In this document: piece after piece, positions 49,778 to 56,956 of the stretch
Numbering within the stretch: the first letter of the stretch is position 1
Layout of the letters: every line of letters begins with the position of its first letter
IMG/VR virus record: IMGVR_UViG_3300010413_000010
Location: 34,635-98,634 of that record
DNA: 64,000 bases
Source of the DNA: a virus
Reading direction: 5' to 3' (one strand)
Notes under the pieces: model-generated
What the model saw: only the letters and a program-made list of their open reading frames with translations
The model's database searches: none
What the model was told of the DNA's origin: nothing
Program-made: the position numbers and the translations under genes

Positions 49778-50574
49778 TCAGATGCTCCAATGAGAGCACT
49801 ATAAAGTCTGCGAAGTTCTTTAATTGTCCGCTTCGAGGAATCAGTGCTCTTACTTTTTATCGCAAATTCGAAGATGCTCTTTTTGTGAGCCACACACTGA
49901 GAGATTTTAGAATCTGCTCCAAAATAATACCGGTCAATACCCTCAAGTTGACTGATAGCCTCTACATTTTCCATGTGATCTTTCCGGCGTTGGTCGATAT
50001 TATTTACGATTAGCTTCTCCACAATGATGTTCGGAAGCTGGAGATCGTTACGAAGGTTCCGTTGTATTTCAGAACAGTATTCTACAGCCTGAGCAAAACC
50101 CTCGATGGAGAATTCTTCGGGCTTCATCACTGGAATGTATTCGTCTAACGTCAGGACGGTTACGTCGGTTAGGACTGATTCCGAAGGAGGGCAATCGTAA
50201 ACTGCATGATCGAAACCAAGAGCTTCCAATGCACGGTTAACAGAGATCATAAACATCGGTTTCTGACCAACATCCTTTTTTGCAAAATCTCGAAAGCCCT
50301 TGTTATGGGGACGTACAGGAAGGACATATAGGTTCTCTCGAACTTTGTAGATCGCATCTTCAAAACTGGCACCGTTGGCTATAACATCATAGAAGTCAGT
50401 TTTGAGTGCTTTTGCTTCTTTAGTCCCGAGCCACCAGGTAGCCTGATTACCCTGCGGGTCTGTATCAACTATGATGGTTTTATGCCCAGCTTCAGCAAGC
50501 ATAAAAGCGATATGTCCGGCCATGGTAGATTTCCCTTCCCCACCCTTCTTTGTTTGAACTCCTAATTTCCTCAT
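49774..50574 (-). CDS. parA: ParA partition ATPase
   Basis: KGGEGKST, DTDPQGN, YDCPP. Confidence 0.92.
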   Translation of the reverse strand: MRKLGVQTKKGGEGKSTMAGHIAFMLAEAGHKTIIVDTDPQGNQATWWLGTKEAKALKTDFYDVIANGASFEDAIYKVRENLYVLPVRPHNKGFRDFAKKDVGQKPMFMISVNRALEALGFDHAVYDCPPSESVLTDVTVLTLDEYIPVMKPEEFSIEGFAQAVEYCSEIQRNLRNDLQLPNIIVEKLIVNNIDQRRKDHMENVEAISQLEGIDRYYFGADSKISQCVAHKKSIFEFAIKSKSTDSSKRTIKELRRLYSALIGASE

Positions 50575-50635
50575 CAGTACCTCCGTATTCTTACTAAGCC
50601 CCACTGATACCGTGTTCGCGCTCTATTACAGGGCC

Positions 50636-50740
50636 TGCAAGAATAATACAAGAAAAAATGAGAATTTGTCAAGAGAAAGGAAAGAAAAAATACGGCAAAG
50701 TTCTTACGAAATGCAAGAAAAGTGCAAGAAGAATGCAAGA
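50636..50740. repeat. Helically phased (TG)CAAGA repeats over the parA promoter (centromere candidate)
   Basis: CAAGA at 50638, 50649, 50670, 50714, 50725 and 50736; TTGACA-18-TATTAT on the minus strand at 50643-50672. Confidence 0.6.
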
Positions 50741-50880
50741 GAAAATAATCACTAAATAATGGCGGTGAGAACGCACTAAATAGCCGTTTCTGGTGTGTAC
50801 GGTCAGCTCTGGCGGGTAAACGTCGTGACGAGCTCTCAGCGAAGCCTGAGAGTAATATAAGAACATGTCTATGTAGCCCC

Positions 50881-52563
50881 TTAAATAGGCAGTTTGATGC
50901 CACATTTTGCTTGGTAATAAGCCAGAAATTCGGTGTGCCAATAACCGAGCACTTTGAAGTGTCCCACGTGAAACCCGTCATGACATCTCTGTTGGAGGAA
51001 CTGACAGAACTCCATCATGTAACCGGAGAAGCTGGACATGTAGGTTACCCAGTTATCACTCTTATGTTCTTTGTTCCGGTTCAGTTCATGGAAGTAGAGG
51101 AGCTGTTCAGTGAGAATATCTTGGAGCCGGTTTACGCTTTTCACTTTGTTACCACTTCGCTCTACCGCTGCCGTAATATGGGCTACTACATTGGAGTGGC
51201 GGTGTAATAGGTTCTGCCTCTCTTTCTGAAGATTGACCAGTTCGGGAACGTAGCTACCCTGGTGAAGAATTTCCCAGAACCAACTCTTGTGATTCAAGAC
51301 TTTCCCGTTCCGGGTACGGACTTCGTTAAGACCAATAAATTCAGTCAGGGTAGTGGGGAGGGATTGTTTGTCCATTACACCCTTGCCTGGGTCAAAGTAC
51401 TCCCGGTAGGTTCGGAAAATCTTCTTGAACATTTCAAGAGAAATTTCCATGGCACACCAGTCCTCTTCGATTTCTACATCAGAGATCGTTTTTATCTCAG
51501 GGTATGTTGCCAGGAGTTTTCCTTTGGAAATCAGAACCAGCTTTTCAAGGATCGCTTTCACTGTCTTACTGGCCCGGCCGGACATATCGTACTTGTGCCT
51601 GGTGAGTTGTTTTAAACCAGCATACTCCGGGGAGTCGGGGAGGGGAGGGAGGCTATTCCACTCTTCAATTACCGGGAGTAACATCACCTCGTCATCCGAC
51701 AGCTTAATACCCCGCTTCGCGGGTGAAACAGGAGGGGAAAGGGAGGTGGAGGTGGGGAAGGGCCTAGACCTACCACTCTTCACATCATAACCATTCTCCT
51801 GAAAAGAAGCAGGGGAAACCCCTGAAGTAGAGGAGGGTGCAGGAGGGGAAATAGGGTCGGGAACCGGCCCGGTCTCCTCCGAACCCTCTTTACCTTTAGG
51901 TAAAGAACTCTCTATGTAAGACTCTATGTAGTTATATATGTATATGGACTTGTCTCTGGGAGCATTTCCACCTGCGTTACTAAACATTTCCATATGCTTA
52001 ATCGAGCAGACCTTTGGGTCGAAATTTATAACATTTTTGGTGTATGCCTGGGCTACAATTGCTTCAAACTTACGAAGATCGCGTCGGAACTTTCGGAGAT
52101 TAAACACCCAGTGAAGAGTCGGGGTCCCCAGGGCTTTTCGGTTCTCGACTTCCAGGTAGCCCATATCACAGAGGAGCTTCCTTACAAGATCAAGTTCACC
52201 CCTAGTGGCTCTCACATCTGCGTACCACTCACTGTAGGATTTAAAGAACTCACCGTGGGATTTACGGTTCTTCTGGTTCGAGGAATTCATGGATAACTCT
52301 GTCCAGAAGGCGATCTTGGCAATAATGTTGGCAAGTTTCCAGGTGTCCGGCCACCGTTTCCTGGACTGGTACTTCTCGGATTTAGCGAAGTACATCTCTT
52401 CTATGTAGAACATGACCGGCCGGATAGCGAAGGCTCCGATAGGTTTACCCTCTTCGGTGTAGAGGTTCAGGTCCATCATCGCCTTCTTGAAATCGAGTTC
52501 TTCCTTGGTAGAGAAATCGTCGAAAGGGTATTCGTTGATGGGTCGTACTTTCTTTTTTTCCAT
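50881..52563 (-). CDS. Phage replication initiator-like wHTH protein
   Basis: F.KSY.EW...RK.L...GYLE.......PT.H N-terminal domain and a Pro/Ser linker. Confidence 0.6.
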   Translation of the reverse strand: MEKKKVRPINEYPFDDFSTKEELDFKKAMMDLNLYTEEGKPIGAFAIRPVMFYIEEMYFAKSEKYQSRKRWPDTWKLANIIAKIAFWTELSMNSSNQKNRKSHGEFFKSYSEWYADVRATRGELDLVRKLLCDMGYLEVENRKALGTPTLHWVFNLRKFRRDLRKFEAIVAQAYTKNVINFDPKVCSIKHMEMFSNAGGNAPRDKSIYIYNYIESYIESSLPKGKEGSEETGPVPDPISPPAPSSTSGVSPASFQENGYDVKSGRSRPFPTSTSLSPPVSPAKRGIKLSDDEVMLLPVIEEWNSLPPLPDSPEYAGLKQLTRHKYDMSGRASKTVKAILEKLVLISKGKLLATYPEIKTISDVEIEEDWCAMEISLEMFKKIFRTYREYFDPGKGVMDKQSLPTTLTEFIGLNEVRTRNGKVLNHKSWFWEILHQGSYVPELVNLQKERQNLLHRHSNVVAHITAAVERSGNKVKSVNRLQDILTEQLLYFHELNRNKEHKSDNWVTYMSSFSGYMMEFCQFLQQRCHDGFHVGHFKVLGYWHTEFLAYYQAKCGIKLPI

Positions 52564-52844
52564 TACGAGCTCCACCGGAACCGAAAAAAGCTGCCGGTCT
52601 TATCTATGGGGTCCAGCCGGTGCTGCACCACATTCTTCTCTATTGCTTCCTGGATGACGGCATCGACCTTCTCTTCACTCCAGAAATCCATTTCTGTTAA
52701 TAACTGTTCACGGTCAAACCAGACGTAGTTGATCCCTTCTATATTATATTTTTGACCGAAAGTTATTACCGGGTCTAAAATAGAACAGAGGATTGCTACG
52801 TCGGGGCCGTGATTCTTCAGCGTTGATTCGCTGATTGTAATCAT
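52563..52844 (-). CDS. Small wHTH-like protein
   Basis: G...AIL, W....L..EM.FWS pattern; TAATG coupling. Confidence 0.55.
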   Translation of the reverse strand: MITISESTLKNHGPDVAILCSILDPVITFGQKYNIEGINYVWFDREQLLTEMDFWSEEKVDAVIQEAIEKNVVQHRLDPIDKTGSFFRFRWSS

Positions 52845-52886
52845 GGTCTCTCCTTGAGAATCTAATAATGTGTTGGATTTAGAGGA

Positions 52887-52951
52887 ATAATAACATAAAA
52901 TCTCTAAAATGTCAAATATCTCTTGACAACTTTTCTAATTCATGGTATGAT
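52887..52951. promoter_or_regulatory. Back-to-back divergent sigma70 promoters
   Basis: Minus strand TTGACA-17-TATTAT (52915-52887); plus strand TTGACA-17-TATGAT (52923-52951). Confidence 0.8.
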
Positions 52952-52988
52952 TCACTTAATTCCAAGACATTACTTACGGAGTACAAGC

Positions 52989-53381
52989 ATGACGTTGGCA
53001 GAATTGTCACGTAGGCTTGGACGAGGGAGGTCAGAAGTACGACGTATGGCCCGTCTTCATCTACTAGGTGAGGATGAGCCAGGGAAACATAGTAACGGGG
53101 TCATTCGGGTGTATTCCGAGGAGGATTACGATTTCCTACGGGAACAGTTCTCCAGGCCAATAGAGGAGATTGAAAAGGATGTCCTGACAATCATCAAGGC
53201 TTGTCCATTCTCCACAGAAGCGGAAATCGCGGCGATCTTGGGGCGACGCCCTTTGTACATTGGCCGTGCCGTTACAAATCTTACCTACAAGGAAGCAGCT
53301 TTGGCAGAAACTGATGCCGGAGAGCTCTTCCTACTCACCGAAGAGAACATCGAGATTATTGACAGACGTAGCGATCCATAA
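52989..53381 (+). CDS. HTH DNA-binding protein
   Basis: MTLAELSRRLG...R.YSEED (MerR-like) plus a second HTH (EIAAILG). Confidence 0.65.
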   Translation: MTLAELSRRLGRGRSEVRRMARLHLLGEDEPGKHSNGVIRVYSEEDYDFLREQFSRPIEEIEKDVLTIIKACPFSTEAEIAAILGRRPLYIGRAVTNLTYKEAALAETDAGELFLLTEENIEIIDRRSDP

Positions 53382-53413
53382 TATAATTCCAAGATAATTC
53401 AAAACATTGGAGG

Positions 53414-53776
53414 ATGCTACTGAAATACAATCTCACCGATGATGAACGCCAGTTAGTGAACCGGCACATTGAAGAGTTCACCACAGTAATTAGATCAGAG
53501 AAACGAGCAAAGCTCCTCGATTATGTGACCATCGGCGCCGGTGTATCGGTGTTGGTGGCAGGGACTATAGTTTGGTCTCCAGCCTTTATCTGCTGGATAC
53601 CCTGCTGGATTTACTTTACTGCAAAGAACATGAAAACATTATCAGATTTTTATCGCCGCCGAAAGGTTATGGTGATACGGACTGCGCAGACCGTCTTATC
53701 TGATAATCGCCTCTACTCCGTATTCCGTGAACGGGCGGTGGAGAGAGGTATGGATGGAAAAAAGGCAACAATCTGA
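53414..53776 (+). CDS. Membrane protein
   Basis: Central hydrophobic hairpin. Confidence 0.6.
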   Translation: MLLKYNLTDDERQLVNRHIEEFTTVIRSEKRAKLLDYVTIGAGVSVLVAGTIVWSPAFICWIPCWIYFTAKNMKTLSDFYRRRKVMVIRTAQTVLSDNRLYSVFRERAVERGMDGKKATI

Positions 53777-54584
53777 AGATAAAGGACTACGATTCAACGA
53801 AGGGAAACTGAGATACGATCTCTTCCCACCCTTCGCTATGGAAGAGTTGGCGAAAGTGATGACCTACGGGTCAAATAAATACGCCGAACGCAACTGGGAA
53901 CGAGGTCAGAAGTGGACGACAGTTATTGCGTCCCTCAAGCGCCACCTGGCCGCGTTGGAGCAGGGAGAAGATTTCGATTCCGAATCAACTCTTCTTCATG
54001 CAGCACATGTTCTTGCTAACGCTGCCTTCCTCACTGAATTCTATAAAATATATCCAGAAGGTGATAACCGCCAGCATACTTTCTTTCAACAGAAGAGGGT
54101 AGGGTTGGATATAGACGACGTACTGGCCGACTTTTGTCAGGCCTATGTGGAGCGTTATCCAGACGTTCCATACCCATCATTTTGGAACTTTGATCAGCAA
54201 GGGGAAGCCCGATTCGCAGAGATCGCACAAGATCGTGAATTCTGGTTGAACGTTCCGCCCAAGATCGCCCCGGAGGACTTACCCTTCGAGCCGGTCGTTT
54301 ACATTACCAGTAGAAAACAACCTGTTAAATGGACTGAAGAGTGGCTTGCCAGGCACGGCTTTCCTTCGGTCCCGGTAGTCTCATCTCAAGGAGAGAGCAA
54401 GGCTGATTATGCCAAAGCCTTCTGTGTGGATGTTTTTGTCGATGACAATTACGAAACTTACCTTGATATGAACGCCAATGGCATCCTGACTTACCTCATG
54501 GATGCTGTCCATAACCGGAAGTACGATGTGGGGTATAGACGTCTCTATTCCCTCAAAGAGCTTCCGTTTCTTAAAGTCAAATAA
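53754..54584 (+). CDS. dATP/dGTP diphosphohydrolase domain (DUF5664-like) fused to a HAD 5'-nucleotidase
   Basis: GK.RYDL, YG..KY..RNW..G, HAAH; then GLDIDDVLADF, ITSR, FVDD. Confidence 0.8.
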   Translation: MEKRQQSEDKGLRFNEGKLRYDLFPPFAMEELAKVMTYGSNKYAERNWERGQKWTTVIASLKRHLAALEQGEDFDSESTLLHAAHVLANAAFLTEFYKIYPEGDNRQHTFFQQKRVGLDIDDVLADFCQAYVERYPDVPYPSFWNFDQQGEARFAEIAQDREFWLNVPPKIAPEDLPFEPVVYITSRKQPVKWTEEWLARHGFPSVPVVSSQGESKADYAKAFCVDVFVDDNYETYLDMNANGILTYLMDAVHNRKYDVGYRRLYSLKELPFLKVK

Positions 54585-54585
54585 C

Positions 54586-54830
54586 AGTACTCGCCGCGCC
54601 TCTAGAGGACCTAGGCCTCTATGCGTAATGTGGAGGGTCTTCTTCTCCGGCCGATAAAAGCCGGAGTACCAGAGCGATGGAGAAATTCGGGGAAGATAGA
54701 TTCCCACCGGAGCGACGGTTGCCGGAGTATTACCGGCTGGGCAAAACTCAAGTGACAGTAGACAACCTCAAGATAGAGCCCAGGGTCTTGCAAAGCTGCC
54801 ACCGTTTGCGGGTGCGTCAACCCCGCACAT
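54586..54830 (+). ncRNA. Unassigned structured RNA upstream of tRNA-Thr
   Basis: At least six GC-rich stems in 245 nt; no credible ORF. Confidence 0.45.
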
Positions 54831-54902
54831 GCCGGAGTAGTTCAACGGTAGAACGTCCGCCTTGTAAGCGGATTGTTAGGGGTTCAATTCCCTTGTCCGG
54901 CT
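54831..54902 (+). tRNA. tRNA-Thr(UGU)
   Basis: Cloverleaf; tccgc-ctTGTaa-gcgga; GGTTCAATTCC; G7-G66 mismatch; CCA not encoded. Confidence 0.85.
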
Positions 54903-54950
54903 CACTAACAGACACGTTGTGTCTGAAGACAATCTTAGCTAGGAGTTATA

Positions 54951-55799
54951 ATGAAAAAAACTCTAATTTTGATGACCATTATGGTCGTAATGTTTGTCGG
55001 GATTTCGGGGTGTACCACCGAAGTACCCGAAGCCACCTTGATTGATGGAGTGTCGAACGAGCTCGTCTACTCAGCCCTGTCTGCTGCAGAGGGCAAGGTT
55101 GCAACAAGAGAACTTAGTTCGGCAATTTCTATCGCTGAAGAGGACCTCTACGGATTCCCTTGGACTGATTCTGCCGGTACTACCGCTGTAGAATTTCTTG
55201 AAGGTGGAGCCATTCGGATGTGGGTTCCCGGTCTGGGATTCCCCGAGACTGACCCTTTTGTTCCTTGTACCTACACTATTCCCACCGAGGGTGAGTTTAC
55301 TATTACCTTCCCCGACGGTTTTGTGAATACCGGTGTGTACTTTATGATCCAGCCGGATGCTTTGGGTTTCTCGGTCTTTTATGAGAATGGTAATGACTAT
55401 CTTGTGACCGTTGGCCCCGACTTCCCTGCTGATCCTGATGACTGGGAGTACTTCTCCCGACCTTCTTATGCTGATGCCGCGTTATTTGTTAGTGCTGATC
55501 CTTGGATTGACATTGATGAGACCAGCATTGGAATGGATGACTCCATCTGGTTCTACGCTGATGGAACAGGCCAGTCCACTTTCAACCCCTGGGTCCCTGA
55601 TCCTGTACCAACGACTTGGAGTATCACCCCGGAATTTGGCTGTGAAATAGTCATCCCGGCTCTGGATAATTACACCTGGACTGGATACTTCTTCACCGTC
55701 GATCTGGTAGGCGCCGACCATCGCTTCCTGATCACTCACACCGGAAATCCTGGTGGAACCTCCGGCGATGATTATTCTATCGCCTATCAGGAAAAATAA
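54951..55799 (+). CDS. Acidic lipoprotein
   Basis: Lipobox ISGC; AGGAG RBS. Confidence 0.75.
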   Translation: MKKTLILMTIMVVMFVGISGCTTEVPEATLIDGVSNELVYSALSAAEGKVATRELSSAISIAEEDLYGFPWTDSAGTTAVEFLEGGAIRMWVPGLGFPETDPFVPCTYTIPTEGEFTITFPDGFVNTGVYFMIQPDALGFSVFYENGNDYLVTVGPDFPADPDDWEYFSRPSYADAALFVSADPWIDIDETSIGMDDSIWFYADGTGQSTFNPWVPDPVPTTWSITPEFGCEIVIPALDNYTWTGYFFTVDLVGADHRFLITHTGNPGGTSGDDYSIAYQEK

Positions 55800-55807
55800 T
55801 CAAAAAC

Positions 55808-55952
55808 AGACTGCAACACCGGACAAGGCTTAGGCTGGTAAAACCAGAAATGTCCACTATCAGGCTTGGAAAAGAGGGAGTCGAGAGACGCGAGACCTAA
55901 ATGCCAAGAGTGGTAAATCCAGGTAGGAAGCGAGTGGGTGACCATGCAGTCT
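55808..55952 (+). ncRNA. Unassigned 145-nt multibranch RNA
   Basis: Closing stem agactgca/tgcagtct; inner ggaca/tgtcc, ctgg/ccag, cttgg/ccaag and gtc-gaga-gac. Confidence 0.55.
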
Positions 55953-55955
55953 TTT

Positions 55956-55982
55956 ACCACTGTAGTTCGCTACAGTGGTTTT
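55956..55982 (+). terminator. Perfect 10-bp UUCG hairpin (terminator or processing stem)
   Basis: accactgtag-ttcg-ctacagtggt followed by short T run. Confidence 0.6.
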
Positions 55983-55985
55983 ACG

Positions 55986-56063
55986 GGGGCCGAGAAGGGT
56001 TCGATCTGGACTAAAGCCTAAAAGGACAGTCCAGGGACGGGGGTTCGATACCCCCCGGCTCCA
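55986..56063 (+). ncRNA. Mini-tmRNA (tRNA-like domain only)
   Basis: GGGGCCG/CGGCTCC-A acceptor with G3.U70, stemless D-loop ending GGTTCGA, 8-bp helix 2a, GAC linker, T arm; only 15 nt where the mRNA-like domain should be. Confidence 0.8.
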
Positions 56064-56126
56064 TACTCCTCCGGGAGCCTCTTAAAGTATGTTTCCGAGG
56101 GTGCTGCGTTGCTCACCTTCGGAGAT

Positions 56127-56198
56127 GCCGAAGTAGCTCAATTGGTAGAGACACGGATCATAGTTCCGGGAACGAGGGTTCGATCCCCTCCTTCGGCG
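56127..56198 (+). tRNA. Atypical tRNA (CAU-containing loop, off-register anticodon arm)
   Basis: Perfect acceptor and T arms, TAGCTCAATTGGTAGAG D arm, 4-bp anticodon stem with loop tcatagt. Confidence 0.6.
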
Positions 56199-56211
56199 AG
56201 AATCTTATCAC

Positions 56212-56295
56212 GCCACCATGTTGGAACTGGTAGACATCACGGTCTTAAAAACCGTGGGCCGAAAGGCCGTCCGGGTTCGATCCCCGGTGGTGGCA
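56212..56295 (+). tRNA. tRNA-Leu(UAA)
   Basis: acggt-ctTAAaa-accgt, long variable arm ggcc-gaaa-ggcc, A73. Confidence 0.9.
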
Positions 56296-56482
56296 GTTAT
56301 TTTTACCAACCGTTTAAGGCTGGTCTTTTTTCAAAGGCCGGAAAGACTTTCCAGCCTTTATTAAAATCTTCGATACTATAGAGGTTGCCGGTTCCAGGTA
56401 TACCCGAATCCGGTCGGACAAAAACCTGCAGGTTTTGTAGGTCAGTGGGAACACTGGTGTCACCCCTTTGAGGGTGGCTAAC

Positions 56483-56557
56483 GTCAGCGGTAGCTCAGAT
56501 GGTAGAGCACTCAACTGATACATGAGAGGTCAGGGGTTCGATCCCCCTCTGCTGGCA
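56483..56557 (+). tRNA. tRNA-Ile(GAU)-like with an 8-bp acceptor stem
   Basis: Canonical D and T arms; loop ctGATac; A31-A39 mismatch. Confidence 0.7.
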
Positions 56558-56580
56558 AATCCTAAAAATTGAGGTAATTT

Positions 56581-56763
56581 ATGACTCCCAGACATCTTAT
56601 GGACCCGCATATGCCGGTCAAACAAAAACATCCAGTAATCTGGAGACTTCACGAAGTGAAGGGCCAGATGCGGGTACACCTCCCGGAACGGCCCGAAAAA
56701 GACATCGCTATGAAAATGATCCAGGATATCATTAACATTTCCAATTCCATTCTGGAAAGGTGA
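56581..56763 (+). CDS. Small hypothetical protein
   Basis: GAGG RBS, 60 aa. Confidence 0.5.
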   Translation: MTPRHLMDPHMPVKQKHPVIWRLHEVKGQMRVHLPERPEKDIAMKMIQDIINISNSILER

Positions 56764-56786
56764 GAGACACCCTTAACTCCGAAAAA

Positions 56787-56795
56787 TGATATAAT
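56787..56795 (+). promoter_or_regulatory. Extended -10 promoter
   Basis: TGaTATAAT with no good -35. Confidence 0.5.
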
Positions 56796-56836
56796 CGCCA
56801 TTAAGTGTTTTTGGTAAGCAGTTGCTTACTTTTCCT

Positions 56837-56949
56837 ACCGGGGAGAGAAATTCCTTCGCAGCCACATATTCCCATGAGCCGCACCCTTTGGATCAAACTC
56901 TCCTTTTCATTCCATATAACCTCCTTTTTCATTTCTCTCCCCGGTTTTT
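56837..56949 (+). ncRNA. Candidate antisense sRNA: 15-bp stem enclosing a 79-nt C/U-rich loop
   Basis: accggggagagaaat/atttctctccccggt perfect inverted repeat followed by a T run. Confidence 0.6.
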
Positions 56950-56956
56950 ATATCGC

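Noticed and set aside
53754-54584. 2-aminoadenine (Z) genome pathway
   Set aside because: The diphosphohydrolase domain alone is widespread and no purZ is in the window.
54903-56600. Theta (HDV-like) ribozymes after tRNAs
   Set aside because: No nested double-pseudoknot pattern could be built at any tRNA 3' end by eye.
56837-56945. Minus-strand CsrB-like sponge, small ORF or MITE
   Set aside because: GGA motifs are not in hairpin loops; promoter and T run favour the + strand; no second copy or target duplication. Not fully excluded without strand data.
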